Shown: positions 1 to 10,036 of the stretch, one piece after another
Numbering within the stretch: position 1 is the first letter of the stretch
Layout of the letters: each line of letters opens with the position of its first letter
Source: Clostridia bacterium
Lineage (GTDB): Bacteria > Bacillota > Clostridia > Christensenellales > Aristaeellaceae
Assembly: GCA_017404985.1 (NCBI GenBank)
Contig: JAFRBK010000031.1
Span: 3,114-67,113 of the forward strand
Reading direction: 5' to 3'
DNA length: 64,000 nt
Position numbers and translations under genes: made by a program
The notes under the pieces: generated by a model
Seen by the model: only the letters and a program-made list of their open reading frames with translations
What the model was told of the DNA's origin: nothing
The model's database searches: none

Positions 1-472
1 CGGTATGCACGATCCCGTCCGTCAGAATCCGTACGTCGCCTTCCCGGTCCACGCTGCCGTCCGGCAGCGAATTGAACACACGGATCAGCAGGTTCCCGCC
101 GCCCCGGTTAATGATATCCTCCGTTTTCTGCCGGTGAAAATGGTTGGGAAGCACCTGGCCTTCCTTCATCAGAATCAGTTTTTCCGCATAGGGGCATCCG
201 CAGGAACCGTCCGGCAGCCCGTTCCGGATGGTGAAGAGAACCGCGCCCATCCGGCTGAAATCGTCATGGCCGAAAGTGGTCACGTCCCATCCGCACATCG
301 TCCGGATAATGGCCTCCGCCTCCGCCTTCCGGGTTTTCCACTCTTCGAGCGTCCAGTCCGCGAACATCGGCAGGGCCAGGTGGTTTTCCTTCAGGAATGC
401 TTTTGCCCAGGAAATCGCCCCCAGAATCTCAGACCGTTTCATAAAATCATTCCCCCGCTTTCCCTGTTCCTG

Positions 473-2629
473 TCATCCGAAAACAATCACCGTATAAAGC
501 CCCGCGTTGCGAAGAACCAGCCGGATGGTTTCGCCTTCCCGAACGATTTCCGCTTCCGGTGCTGTACAGCCTTCCGGAACCAGAATCTCCGGCGCTGTAT
601 CCGCCACGTTCCGCAGCACCAGCTCCACCTGCTCGATCGGCAGTACCCGGTCCTCGCTTTCGTTATACCGGTAGTTCAGCAGGTGGATCCAGGTTTTGCC
701 CCCGCGGTCATACCGCTGGACGCCGGTCTTCTCCGCCCGGCATTCTGCCGGCGCGATGGGCCCGTACATTTTTTCAAAGGTCTCCATAAACCGCGGTACA
801 TATGCGTCCTTTTCTCCCTCCAGGGAAACGAACACCGCGTTTCCGGTTTCGCGCAGCTCCTCCCTGAGGGAACTGCCTTCCGCCAGCCTTCCGGCCGCCA
901 GCACTTTCCCGCCGCCGCGGGCGTATCCCAGCAGAATCCGCTGCTGGTTTTCCGTCAGCGTAAAGCAGTCGGGCACAATCACCAGCGGATACCCTTCCAG
1001 CGCCTCCGCCGCGAAGTCATCCTCCCGCAGCTCCCCGTCCGGCAGCATTACCACATCGTACTGCGCGTTGCGCTCGCTCATGGCGCGGATGATATCCCAG
1101 AAGGGAACGGGTTTCAGGTCCGGATCCAGCCATTCGGAAGCCGTCGCGTCCAGCAGGTCGCCGAAGGAATCCTGCATGCCGTTGGCGCCGCTTCCCTTGT
1201 TGGAATCCCGCCAGTAATAGCTGCCGTAGGAGTACAGCACGGCCGCGCCGCGGGATTTTCCCTGCGGATAGCAGTCCTCATGGGCAGCCAGGAAATCCTG
1301 GATCCCGGCGGTCAGCTCCCGGGGCGCCCAGAAGGAATCCTTGATGGTGTTCCCCATCCATCCGCCGTAGGGAATGGACATGTTGCATCCGTATACGGAA
1401 GCTTCCAGCAGGAAGATCCGGTAAAGGTCATAGCCCTTTCCGCAGTCCAGCAGTTCCAGCAGCCGGGGAATGATCCCGCCGTAGGGGTTTTCCGCAATAA
1501 TCACCGGTTTCCCCGCCGCGAACCCAGCACAGTAGCGATAGTAGTATGGCTGGCGGAACAGCGTGTGCTCCATCTCCGTGATGATGATGTCCACCTTGTT
1601 TTCGATGGGATAATAGGCCGGCTGCATATTGAAGAAATTCCCGGAAACCTCGATCTTCCGCCCGTATTGCTCCATCGCGTACTGCCGGGCATAGTCCGCC
1701 AGCTCGCCGAAGTACCGGCGCACCTGCCGCACCTGGAATTCCCAGTAGTCCCGGTAAAAGGGCGCACCCTCCGGATAGGTGCAGCCATGCCGCTTCAGGT
1801 ATTCGCCGTAGTGGAAGGCATCCAGGTCGATGCCGTCCCATTCCGGCCCGAGTTTCCCGGCCGCCTCCCGCTCCTTCAGCCAAGTGGTGAATTGCTTCAT
1901 GCAGCTTTTGCAGAAGCATCCGCCGGAACTGATGGCCGTCATGGGCAGCTCGCATTCGTCCAGCTGGATGCCCGGCACACCGGCATCGATCTGGATTTCC
2001 ATGATCTTCTTCAGGTATCCCCGCCACACCGGGTTGTTCCGGCACATCTGGTAGCAGGTTTCCCGATGCCCCTTCACCTCCACCCACTGGGCATGAACCG
2101 GCGCGCCGAAGCGGTCCCGGATGCAGCATTCCTCCCACAGGTCCGCCACCGGATTCCCTTCTTCGTCCCGGATCCCGTCCGGGTAGTAGTCCTTCAGGCG
2201 GGTCGGAAAAGCGTCCGGATAAACGTCCCCGCTGAATTCCCGCAAGCCGTACCAGCCGTGGCCCTCCTGTTCCTCCGCCCGCAGGTTCATCCGCACGATG
2301 CGCCCCTGTTCATCGATCACGGCCGGGTATTCCCAGCCCTGCACCTCAAACACGATGCCGAACAGCCGGATCCCGCGCCGATTGCACTCCGCGATGAACT
2401 CGCTGTCGTTCATGTAGCCGTAGATCTGCATGCGCGGGTCCACGGGGCCGAAGGCCTCGTGCGCCAGATAGGGCAGGCTGATGCTGCCGCCGCCCAGCCC
2501 GGCCCAGGCCAGCACCGTTCCGTGGTACCGCTCCAGGTCCTCCAGCATCTGCGCGCTCCGCAGCGGCAGGCTGGGGTGATAGCAGTGGTTGTGCTTGAAC
2601 CATCCGTCAAAATAGATTCCGCGTTCCAT
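473..2629 (-). CDS. Uncharacterised glycoside-hydrolase-like protein (TIM-barrel-like N-terminus, GH42-type middle/GATase-like domain)
   Basis: 718-aa ORF with SD GGAGGAG upstream. Contains GIQLDE followed by a CFCKSC Cys cluster, and a C-terminal 'YPLVIVPDC...YARGGGKVL' flavodoxin-like segment. Lies downstream of GH78. Family not assignable by eye. Confidence 0.55.
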   Translation of the reverse strand: MERGIYFDGWFKHNHCYHPSLPLRSAQMLEDLERYHGTVLAWAGLGGGSISLPYLAHEAFGPVDPRMQIYGYMNDSEFIAECNRRGIRLFGIVFEVQGWEYPAVIDEQGRIVRMNLRAEEQEGHGWYGLREFSGDVYPDAFPTRLKDYYPDGIRDEEGNPVADLWEECCIRDRFGAPVHAQWVEVKGHRETCYQMCRNNPVWRGYLKKIMEIQIDAGVPGIQLDECELPMTAISSGGCFCKSCMKQFTTWLKEREAAGKLGPEWDGIDLDAFHYGEYLKRHGCTYPEGAPFYRDYWEFQVRQVRRYFGELADYARQYAMEQYGRKIEVSGNFFNMQPAYYPIENKVDIIITEMEHTLFRQPYYYRYCAGFAAGKPVIIAENPYGGIIPRLLELLDCGKGYDLYRIFLLEASVYGCNMSIPYGGWMGNTIKDSFWAPRELTAGIQDFLAAHEDCYPQGKSRGAAVLYSYGSYYWRDSNKGSGANGMQDSFGDLLDATASEWLDPDLKPVPFWDIIRAMSERNAQYDVVMLPDGELREDDFAAEALEGYPLVIVPDCFTLTENQQRILLGYARGGGKVLAAGRLAEGSSLREELRETGNAVFVSLEGEKDAYVPRFMETFEKMYGPIAPAECRAEKTGVQRYDRGGKTWIHLLNYRYNESEDRVLPIEQVELVLRNVADTAPEILVPEGCTAPEAEIVREGETIRLVLRNAGLYTVIVFG

Positions 2630-2752
2630 GGTGCTCCTCCGTCCTTGTTGTACGCATTGGCCCGGTTCGGTAATGGGGGTCAGCCGCCCGGCTCATCGGC
2701 CCGGCTGTCTGACTCTGCCCTTTGGTTCAGCCGTCTGGACCGGTAACCCGGT

Positions 2753-4942
2753 TCAGACGCCGGCAGGCAGCGTTTCGCCGAAGATGTAGCGGCCTTTTTC
2801 AACCCTCCGAACCGTTCCGCCGATGACGATTTCCGCCGGCACAGGCGTGTCGATCTCGTAGCGGATACCGTCCCCGGTATACTTCCAGGCGGAACGGATC
2901 CGGCCGTGGACGGTATCCAGCACGGCGCTGAGGCTGTTGAGCCGCGGGTCCGGATGCGGCGCGATCCGGGCGCGGGCGAAACCGGGCGCCGCGGGCTGAA
3001 TGCCGCAGGCCACGCCGAACACCCAGTCCGCCACGGAGGCGTAGGCGTAGTGGTTATAAGAGTTCATGTCGTCGTCCCAGAAGGTGCCGTCCGGCTTGAT
3101 GCCGTCCCAGTGCTCCCAGACCGTGGTCGCACCCTTGGATACAGAATACAGCCAGCCCGGGTATTCCTTTCGCAGCAGCAGGGACCAGGCGATGTCCGCG
3201 TGCCCGTAGCGGCACAGTTCATGCAGCAGGTAGGGCGTGCCCAGCAGGCCGGTCTGCAGCTTTGTTCCGCAGGCCCTGATCTGTTCAGCCAGGGCGTCCG
3301 CCAGGGCCTGCGGCTCATCCGCCAGGTTGAAGTGCAGGGCCAGCACCTTTTCCGTCTGCGTGTTCAGCTGCCCGCCGAACCGGGCTCTGAAGGCTTCGGC
3401 AATCCGCCGGTACAGCGCCTCATATTCGCTGACGTCCTTCCCCAGGATCCTGCCGATGCGGATCACGATGTTTACAGAGTTGGCATAGAAGGCACTGCAG
3501 ACCAGGTCGTCGTTGCTGTATCCGCGCTTGCTCAGCTCGATGGTTGCCGGATGGTAGTCCTCCGGCGCGTCCAGCGCCAGCCAGTCTCCGTAAGTCCAGC
3601 AGCCCGTAAACAGGTCCGGCGTCGTTGAAACCGTGGGAATGTAGGCGATCCACCGCTCCATGGTCTCATACATATCCGCGATGAAGGAAATGTCCCCGTA
3701 GGTCTCGTACAGCTGCCAGGGAATGATCGCCGCCGCGTCGGACCAGGCGGCCCCGCCGGGCTTGTAGGCCGTCAGGCTTGGAACGACCTCCGGCACCCAG
3801 CCGTTTTCGTGCTGCGCGGCACGGACATCCGCCAGCCACTTGCGGAAGAACTGCCGCACATCGTACTGGTAGGTAGCGGCGCGGCAGAAGATCTGCCCGT
3901 CCCCCGTCCAGCCGTAGCGCTCGTCGCGCTGGGGGCAGTCCGTCGGAATGTCCAGGTAGTTTCCCTTCTGGCTCCACAGGCAGTTGCTGAACAGCTGGTT
4001 CAGCATGGGGTCGCTGCTTTCCAGCCAGCCGGTCCGCGTCATTTCCGAGTGAAGCACCACCGTCCGGATCTGATCGGCCCGGAAGCCTTCCGGCGCTTCG
4101 TCAATCCGCAGGTACCGGAAACCGAAAAAAGTGAAACGCGGCCGGTAGCTTTGCTTTCCCTCCCGGCAGATATAGTGCAGCTGGCTCCGCGCCGAGCGGT
4201 AGTTGGCGGTGTAAAAATTGCCGTCCCGGTCCAGTACCTCGGCGGTGGAAATAGACAGCTTTTCCCCCGCGCGGGCATCCACGTCAAAGGCCATGTACCC
4301 GGTCAGGTTCTGGCCGAAGTCGATCACCCATTCGCCCCGGGGCGTGCGGAAGGAATTCCGGGGCAGAACCGTCTCCTGCTCATGCACTTCCGGCCCTTCC
4401 TGAGGAATCAGGCAGTCCTTCGGAAAATCGCATACCTGCACCGGCTCAAAGGAGAAGGTCCGGGTCATGTCCGCGTCTTCCCCGATGAAGATGCCGCTGA
4501 GGGTCACCTGGCTTTCGGAAACCTGCCAGCTGCCGTCCGTCAGCAGCACTTCGTCCTCCCCGTCGGCGTAGGTCAGGCGCAGGGCGGCGATGGCCATGGC
4601 CGGAAGGAATTCGTCCGGGTTCTGCGTCCCCGTCCAGGGCGCGTTCGTCCGCCGGTACCAGCCGTTCGCCACGGTGATGTCCAGGGTGTTGCTTTCCCCG
4701 ATGAGCGCGGCCACATCGTAAGCCTGCACCTGCAGGCGCTTCCGGTATTCGGTCCAGCCCGGCGCCAGGATAAAGTCACCCACGCGCTGCCCGTTCAGCA
4801 CCGCGTCGTACACGCCGTCGCAGGTCACCTCCAGCACGGCAGCCCGCACCGGGCGGGCGCAGGAAAAGCATTTGCGGAATACGGGCACCACCGTTGAAGC
4901 CGCCCCGTTCATGGCAATCCAGGAAGCCTTTTGAATCAGCAT
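2753..4942 (-). CDS. Glycoside hydrolase family 78 (alpha-L-rhamnosidase-like)
   Basis: Motifs DFGQN, FTFFGFRY, PTDCPQRDERYGWTGD, GATTVWEHW and SYNHYA. Start moved to the ATG at 4942 (SD GGAGGAG). Confidence 0.9.
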   Translation of the reverse strand: MLIQKASWIAMNGAASTVVPVFRKCFSCARPVRAAVLEVTCDGVYDAVLNGQRVGDFILAPGWTEYRKRLQVQAYDVAALIGESNTLDITVANGWYRRTNAPWTGTQNPDEFLPAMAIAALRLTYADGEDEVLLTDGSWQVSESQVTLSGIFIGEDADMTRTFSFEPVQVCDFPKDCLIPQEGPEVHEQETVLPRNSFRTPRGEWVIDFGQNLTGYMAFDVDARAGEKLSISTAEVLDRDGNFYTANYRSARSQLHYICREGKQSYRPRFTFFGFRYLRIDEAPEGFRADQIRTVVLHSEMTRTGWLESSDPMLNQLFSNCLWSQKGNYLDIPTDCPQRDERYGWTGDGQIFCRAATYQYDVRQFFRKWLADVRAAQHENGWVPEVVPSLTAYKPGGAAWSDAAAIIPWQLYETYGDISFIADMYETMERWIAYIPTVSTTPDLFTGCWTYGDWLALDAPEDYHPATIELSKRGYSNDDLVCSAFYANSVNIVIRIGRILGKDVSEYEALYRRIAEAFRARFGGQLNTQTEKVLALHFNLADEPQALADALAEQIRACGTKLQTGLLGTPYLLHELCRYGHADIAWSLLLRKEYPGWLYSVSKGATTVWEHWDGIKPDGTFWDDDMNSYNHYAYASVADWVFGVACGIQPAAPGFARARIAPHPDPRLNSLSAVLDTVHGRIRSAWKYTGDGIRYEIDTPVPAEIVIGGTVRRVEKGRYIFGETLPAGV

Positions 4943-5040
4943 TTTTTCTCCTCCGTTCATTGGGTAATAAAAATCGTTGGATTGTAAAAATCTTTTCCGG
5001 ACTTGGTGCAAAGAGATGGTCCAGATCCTCCTTCGCCGGG

Positions 5041-5097
5041 AATTGTACATACATTTTGTGTTATTCTGAGTGTACAGGTTTTATTCGCTTCTGTCAA
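5041..5097 (-). promoter_or_regulatory. SigA promoter of the GH78 gene with a downstream AraR-like operator
   Basis: Minus strand TTGACA (5092-5097), 17 nt, TACACT (5069-5074). Imperfect palindrome AATTGTACATACATTT at 5041-5056. Confidence 0.7.
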
Positions 5098-5142
5098 TCG
5101 CCCAGTAGTATATTTCAATATCCCGCAGCAAAAAAAGAGGTT

Positions 5143-5175
5143 AAAAAAGCCGCCGGCAGGAAATGCCGGTGGCTT
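5143..5175 (-). terminator. Intrinsic terminator of the sugar ABC operon
   Basis: Minus strand AAGCCACCGGCA-loop-TGCCGGCGGC followed by a T6 run, just after the stop at 5190. Confidence 0.8.
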
Positions 5176-5189
5176 GTGGTTTGGTTGGG

Positions 5190-6017
5190 TTATCCTTTGA
5201 CCGCGCCGGCGATCAGGCTCTTCTGCACCTGGCCGGACATGCACATATACAGAATCAGCGTGGGCAGCGTGGCGATCACCAGGCCGGCGCCCATGGAGCC
5301 GTAATCGGTCTGGTACTGGCCGCTCATCTGCTTGATACCGACTGTCAGGGTCCGGACGCTGTCCGTGGTGAACAGGCTGGCCAGCAGCAGTTCGTTCCAG
5401 ACCTGCAGGAACACGAAGATCGCCGCCGTAATCAGCGCTGGGACCATCATCGGAAGGATGATGGTGAACGCCGTCCGGTAGATGCCGCTTCCGTCGATGC
5501 AGGCCGCTTCCTCCATCTCGTAGGGGATGTTTGCAATGAATCCGCTGAGGATCAGGATCGTGATCGGAATGTTGAAGGCCACATAGGGAATAATCAGGGC
5601 CCAGTGGGTCTTGGTCAGGCTCATCAGGATCTCGGTCAGGGGATACAGGGCCGCGTGCATCGGAATCATCATGCCCATCAGGATATAGGTGAATACCGCT
5701 TTCTGCCCCCTCCACCGCATCCGGAGCAGGCCGTAAGCGGACATGTATCCCAGGAAGCTGGTGCCGATCAGCGTGGCAAAGGTGTCGATCACGCTGTTCA
5801 GCATGTAGTTGCTGACCCTGCCGCCGCTGCCCCAGGCATTGGCGTAGTTGCCCCAGAGCCACTGGGTCGGCAGGCCGACCATGTTGGTCCCGAAGATTTC
5901 ATTGGTATCCTTCAGGGACATCGTGACCATCCAGTACAGCGGGAACAGGCAGAGAAAAACCCACAGAATCAGGAAGAGCTGTTTCAGGATGGTTCCCGCA
6001 ACGCTTTTCTTTTTCAT
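5190..6017 (-). CDS. Carbohydrate ABC transporter permease (MalG-like)
   Basis: Hydrophobic 275 aa with EAA motif (EMEEAACIDG), WNE and a C-terminal GAVKG. Confidence 0.93.
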   Translation of the reverse strand: MKKKSVAGTILKQLFLILWVFLCLFPLYWMVTMSLKDTNEIFGTNMVGLPTQWLWGNYANAWGSGGRVSNYMLNSVIDTFATLIGTSFLGYMSAYGLLRMRWRGQKAVFTYILMGMMIPMHAALYPLTEILMSLTKTHWALIIPYVAFNIPITILILSGFIANIPYEMEEAACIDGSGIYRTAFTIILPMMVPALITAAIFVFLQVWNELLLASLFTTDSVRTLTVGIKQMSGQYQTDYGSMGAGLVIATLPTLILYMCMSGQVQKSLIAGAVKG

Positions 6018-6925
6018 GCTCTGGCCGCCCCCTTCCCGCGTGCCAGGCGCCTTTCATCCCGGTCCTTAAACACAATGTTCAGAAGCACGGTGAACACCAG
6101 GCATTCCAGCACGATGAAGATCGCCTGGGCGCTGGCGTAGCTGTACTTATGGTTCGAGAACATCTCCACGTACATGGACAGCGCCGGCAGGTCCATGTTG
6201 GACCGTTCCAGCAGCACCCAGGGCGTATCGAAGAGTTTGAAGGAACCGATCAGGGAGAAGGACAGGCAGACCTTCAGCATCGGCTTGATCATCGGGATCT
6301 GGATCCGGAAGGCCAGCTTTGCTCCGGAGGCGCCGTCCACTGTCGCCGCTTCGATAATGTCGTCCGGAATGGACTTCAGCGCACCGTACATCAGCAGCAT
6401 ATGGTAGCCCACATACTGCCACAGGCTCGGAAGGAACGAGAACCAGATCTTTGTCGTCTCGTTTCCGAGGAAGCCGTTCTTCGGAATCGTCCAGCCAAAC
6501 GATTCAAACATCTGGGGCAGCAGGCTCTTGTAAAGGCGGCCCCACAGCAGGCTGACCACGACGGACGAGATCACCACCGGAATGAAGAAAACATTGCGGT
6601 AGAAGCTCTCGCCCTTGACGCCGTTCGCCAGCAGCAGCGCGATGAACATGGAAAAGGGCAGCTGCACAAAGATGGAAAGCACGGCGTACAGCAGGGAGTT
6701 GCCGACCGCGCCGGGGAAGCTGTTCCGCCGTCCCGGCGTGAACATCTTGATGAAGTTATCCAGCCAGACGACATGCGACTGGTCCCCGACCTTCGCCGGA
6801 ATCTCATTCAGCAGGCTGTACCACAGCGTCTTGAAGATCGGAAAGATCACGATATAGGTGAAGAACAGCACGGTCGGCAGAACGAAGACCATGATGTTCC
6901 ATTTGTTCGACAGAACGCGCTTCAC
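6014..6925 (-). CDS. Carbohydrate ABC transporter permease (MalF-like)
   Basis: EAA motif IIEAATVDGAS and WQYVGY. GTG start at 6925 with SD GGGAGG. Overlaps the next gene by 4 nt. Confidence 0.92.
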   Translation of the reverse strand: MKRVLSNKWNIMVFVLPTVLFFTYIVIFPIFKTLWYSLLNEIPAKVGDQSHVVWLDNFIKMFTPGRRNSFPGAVGNSLLYAVLSIFVQLPFSMFIALLLANGVKGESFYRNVFFIPVVISSVVVSLLWGRLYKSLLPQMFESFGWTIPKNGFLGNETTKIWFSFLPSLWQYVGYHMLLMYGALKSIPDDIIEAATVDGASGAKLAFRIQIPMIKPMLKVCLSFSLIGSFKLFDTPWVLLERSNMDLPALSMYVEMFSNHKYSYASAQAIFIVLECLVFTVLLNIVFKDRDERRLARGKGAARA

Positions 6926-6955
6926 GAGCGAACCTCCCATCGGTGAAAAAGTTGG

Positions 6956-6986
6956 AAAAAGGGGGACGGGATTGCGCCGTCCCCCT
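6956..6986 (-). terminator. Stem-loop between binding-protein and permease genes (partial terminator or mRNA stabiliser)
   Basis: Perfect 9-bp stem GGGGGACGG/CCGTCCCCC followed by a T run on the minus strand. Confidence 0.65.
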
Positions 6987-7006
6987 ATCGGAGTCCTTAT
7001 GTCCAA

Positions 7007-8248
7007 TTACTTGGCAAAGATCGTCTCCATGTCTTCGCACCACTGTTCGGGCGTGGTCTTTCCGGCCAGCACGTCGTACACGGTGTCGCCGATCAGGGTG
7101 GCGTCATCGCCGCTCAGAGCGGTGTTGCCCCACAGCAGCAGGGAGTCGCCAACCGCAACCTGTTCCGCGATCTGGTTCATGACGGGGTTGCCGCACTGCA
7201 CGTCGGTCTTCCAGGCGGGCAGGCCGGCGCCGCATTCGAAGCCGTTCTTGGACTGATGCTCAGCCAGGAACTGGGCCGCCACGAACGCTTCGGCGGGATG
7301 CTCGGTGTGGGCAGAGATGCTGAAGCCTTCAGCGGGGCCGCCCATCCACTCGTTGTCATGTCCCTTGCCAACGGCGGGGAACTTCACAGCCTTGACCTTC
7401 TGCTGCATTTCTTCGGACAGGGAGCCGGAGAACCACTGGCCGTGCACATACATCGGGATCTCGCCGGCGAAGTAGGGCACTTCGGATTCGTCACGGGTCA
7501 GGGACAGGGCATCATCCGGGAAAGCGCCCAGGTCGATCAGGGTCTTGAAGGCGGTCATGCCGTCGATCCAGTCCTGGGTCTTGAAGGTCGCGCCTTCGGT
7601 CTTGTAGTAGCAGGCACGGGCAGCCGCGTCGCCAACGAACCGCAGGGTGATCAGGTCAGTGTACATATTGGTGGGCCACTTGTCACCGCCGCCCAGCGCC
7701 ATGGGGGTCACGCCGGCAGCCTTGAAGGCCTTGACAGCCTCGTACAGCTCATCCAGGGTCTCGGGGATCTTCACATTGTACTTTTCGAACAGCTCGGTAT
7801 TGCAGTACAGGCAGGAGCAGGCGTTGGTGTAGGGCAGCTGGTAAACTTTTCCGTCAAAGGTCATGTTCGCCAGGGCGCCGCCGATCAGCCGATCCTTGAT
7901 TTCGTCGGTCAGGTATTCATCCATGGCCAGGATGTCGCCGGAGCTGACCAGGTTCCAGAGCACGCCGCCGGCGTTCCAGTAGAACACGTCCGGCAGGCTG
8001 TCGGACAGGGCCAGGGTTTCGCCCTGATCCTTCCAGGCGTTCGCTTCGTACCATTCAACTTCCAGCTTGATTTCCGGATGGGCTTCTTCGAACTCAGCCA
8101 GGGTCTTCAGCATGGGGGCGCGGTTCGCTTCGGTTTCAGCGGACCAGATGGAGGCAACCTTCAGGACAACGGGTTCATCCGCGCTCGCAAAGGACATGAT
8201 GCCGAGCAGCATCGCCACAGCCAGCGCAACAGCCAACAGTTTCTTCAT
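7007..8248 (-). CDS. Extracellular sugar-binding protein of an ABC transporter (family 1)
   Basis: Signal peptide MKKLLAVALA...ASA. Motifs LPDVF, DGKVYQLP, YCNTELFEK and P-E-T-L-D-E-L. Confidence 0.92.
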   Translation of the reverse strand: MKKLLAVALAVAMLLGIMSFASADEPVVLKVASIWSAETEANRAPMLKTLAEFEEAHPEIKLEVEWYEANAWKDQGETLALSDSLPDVFYWNAGGVLWNLVSSGDILAMDEYLTDEIKDRLIGGALANMTFDGKVYQLPYTNACSCLYCNTELFEKYNVKIPETLDELYEAVKAFKAAGVTPMALGGGDKWPTNMYTDLITLRFVGDAAARACYYKTEGATFKTQDWIDGMTAFKTLIDLGAFPDDALSLTRDESEVPYFAGEIPMYVHGQWFSGSLSEEMQQKVKAVKFPAVGKGHDNEWMGGPAEGFSISAHTEHPAEAFVAAQFLAEHQSKNGFECGAGLPAWKTDVQCGNPVMNQIAEQVAVGDSLLLWGNTALSGDDATLIGDTVYDVLAGKTTPEQWCEDMETIFAK

Positions 8249-8309
8249 TTCCAGGATCTCCTTTCAAAATATGGTCGTTTTCCTGCGTCTCTTCGCAGTT
8301 GCTGATGGT

Positions 8310-8339
8310 ATTATAGCGCCATGTACGTACTAATTGCAA
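8310..8339 (-). promoter_or_regulatory. SigA promoter of the ABC operon with an AraR-like operator in the spacer
   Basis: Minus strand TTGCAA (8334-8339), 18 nt, TATAAT (8310-8315). ATTAGTACGTACATGG at 8319-8334 lies across the spacer. Confidence 0.72.
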
Positions 8340-8618
8340 GTCTTTTTTTGTAATTTTGTGCGCAAAAATTGACCAGATTAAATAATACAAAATGGCGTAA
8401 ACCCTTGCAGCAAACGTTTTCCGGGCCTCGTTTCTTGCTGTTTTTATTTTGTTTTTTGGTTGTTTTTTTGATCGGCTGCCGGCTTATTTTCCCTGTTTGG
8501 GCGGTTCTGCCGCGCTTTCCCTTCCCTTCCCTTCCCGGAAGGCTGCGCCTGTTTTTTGCGTTTGATGAACGGGTCGCCGGTATTCCGCATTCTGTGTTAT
8601 GATGTATGGCACGTCATG

Positions 8619-8627
8619 TGGTATAAT
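8619..8627 (+). promoter_or_regulatory. Extended -10 promoter of rarA
   Basis: TGGTATAAT about 30-60 nt upstream of the candidate start codons. Confidence 0.55.
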
Positions 8628-8659
8628 AAGAGGAAAGGCTCGAAAGCCCATTTGAACGA

Positions 8660-10015
8660 ATGACGGAAAGGAGGCCGACGGCCGTGAGCGAACCAACCCT
8701 GCTGCCCCCGGAGGAGCCTTTTTCCGCAGGCCAGCCGCTGGCGGCCCGGATGCGCCCCTCCACCCTGGACGAGATCGCCGGCCAGCAGCACCTGCTGGGG
8801 CCGGGCAAAGTCCTGCGCCGCCTGATTTCCTCCGATATCATTTCCTCCATGATCTTCTGGGGGCCTCCCGGCGTCGGGAAAACAACCCTGGCCCGGGTCA
8901 TCGCCCTGCAGACCAAAGCCACCTTCATCGATTTTTCCGCTGTCACCAGCGGCATCAAGGAAATCCGCCAGGTCATGATGAAGGCCGAGGAAAACCGGGC
9001 CTACGGCATGCGGACCATTGTTTTCGTGGATGAAATTCACCGGTTCAACAAGGCGCAGCAGGATGCCTTCCTTCCCTTTGTGGAAAAAGGCAGCATCGTC
9101 CTGATCGGCGCCACCACCGAGAACCCCTCCTTCGAGGTCAACAGCGCGTTGCTTTCCCGGTGCAAGGTGTTCGTCCTCCAGGCGCTTTCCCGGGAGGATA
9201 TCCTGTCGCTGCTGCGCCGGGCCCTGGCTGATGAGCGTGGTTTCGGAAAGGACCGGGTCACCATCAACGAAAAAGCCCTGGGCGCCATTGCGGACTTTTC
9301 CAACGGGGACGCCCGCAGCGCCCTGAGCACCCTGGAAATGGTCGTGCTCAACGGCGAGGTCAGCGAAAACGGCATCGAGGTGACCGATGAAATCATCGCC
9401 CAATGCCTCTCCCGCAAGAGCCTGATGTATGACAAGGACGGAGAGGAGCACTACAACCTGATCTCCGCCCTGCACAAGTCCATGCGCAACTCGGATCCGG
9501 ACGCCGCGGTTTACTGGATGATGCGGATGCTGGAAGGCGGCGAGGACCCGCTGTATATCGCCCGCCGGGTGCTGCGTTTTGCCGCCGAGGACGTGGGCCT
9601 GGCCGATCCCCGGGCTATGGAGGTCGGCGTCGCCGCCTACCAGGCCTGCCATTTCATCGGGGTGCCGGAATGCAGCGTCCACCTGGCGGAAGCCGTGGTT
9701 TACATGTCCCTGGCCTCCAAATCCAACGCCATGGAAATGGCGGTCAACGAAGCAAAGGAAGCCATTGAAAAGGAGCCGGACGCGCCGGTGCCCCTGGTCA
9801 TCCGCAACGCGCCGACCCGCCTGATGAAAAACCTGAACTACGGCAAGGGCTATCAGTACGCCCACGACTATGCGGAAAAGATGACCGCCATGCAGTGCCT
9901 GCCGGACGCCCTGAAGGACCGGCAGTTCTACCACCCCACCACCCAGGGGCAGGAAGCCCGGTACAAGGAACGGCTGGAGCAGATCACCGCCTGGAAAAAG
10001 GAACACCGGAAATAG
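8660..10015 (+). CDS. rarA: Replication-associated recombination protein A (MgsA/RarA AAA+ ATPase)
   Basis: PLAARMRP, Walker A GPPGVGKTT, DEIHRFNKAQQD, GATTENP, ISALHKS and GYQYAHD. The true start may be the GTG at 8684. Confidence 0.95.
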   Translation: MTERRPTAVSEPTLLPPEEPFSAGQPLAARMRPSTLDEIAGQQHLLGPGKVLRRLISSDIISSMIFWGPPGVGKTTLARVIALQTKATFIDFSAVTSGIKEIRQVMMKAEENRAYGMRTIVFVDEIHRFNKAQQDAFLPFVEKGSIVLIGATTENPSFEVNSALLSRCKVFVLQALSREDILSLLRRALADERGFGKDRVTINEKALGAIADFSNGDARSALSTLEMVVLNGEVSENGIEVTDEIIAQCLSRKSLMYDKDGEEHYNLISALHKSMRNSDPDAAVYWMMRMLEGGEDPLYIARRVLRFAAEDVGLADPRAMEVGVAAYQACHFIGVPECSVHLAEAVVYMSLASKSNAMEMAVNEAKEAIEKEPDAPVPLVIRNAPTRLMKNLNYGKGYQYAHDYAEKMTAMQCLPDALKDRQFYHPTTQGQEARYKERLEQITAWKKEHRK

Positions 10016-10036
10016 CCTGCCGAAGGAGGAATCCCC

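Noticed and set aside
5-2746. 913-aa plus-strand ORF, and similar long ORFs at 8597-10945, 17883-20438, 20302-22284, 38806-41112, 40944-43346, 52851-54953 and 57546-60686
   Set aside because: Antisense shadows of real high-GC genes. They carry no recognisable motifs, while the opposite strand has clear families.
2630-2752. GC-rich self-complementary intergenic sequence as an ncRNA
   Set aside because: Pairing is imperfect and expected at this GC content. No known motif.
8430-8475. T-rich low-complexity tract
   Set aside because: Ordinary AT-rich sequence between divergent promoters with no periodic repeat unit. No LexA box was recognisable before rarA.
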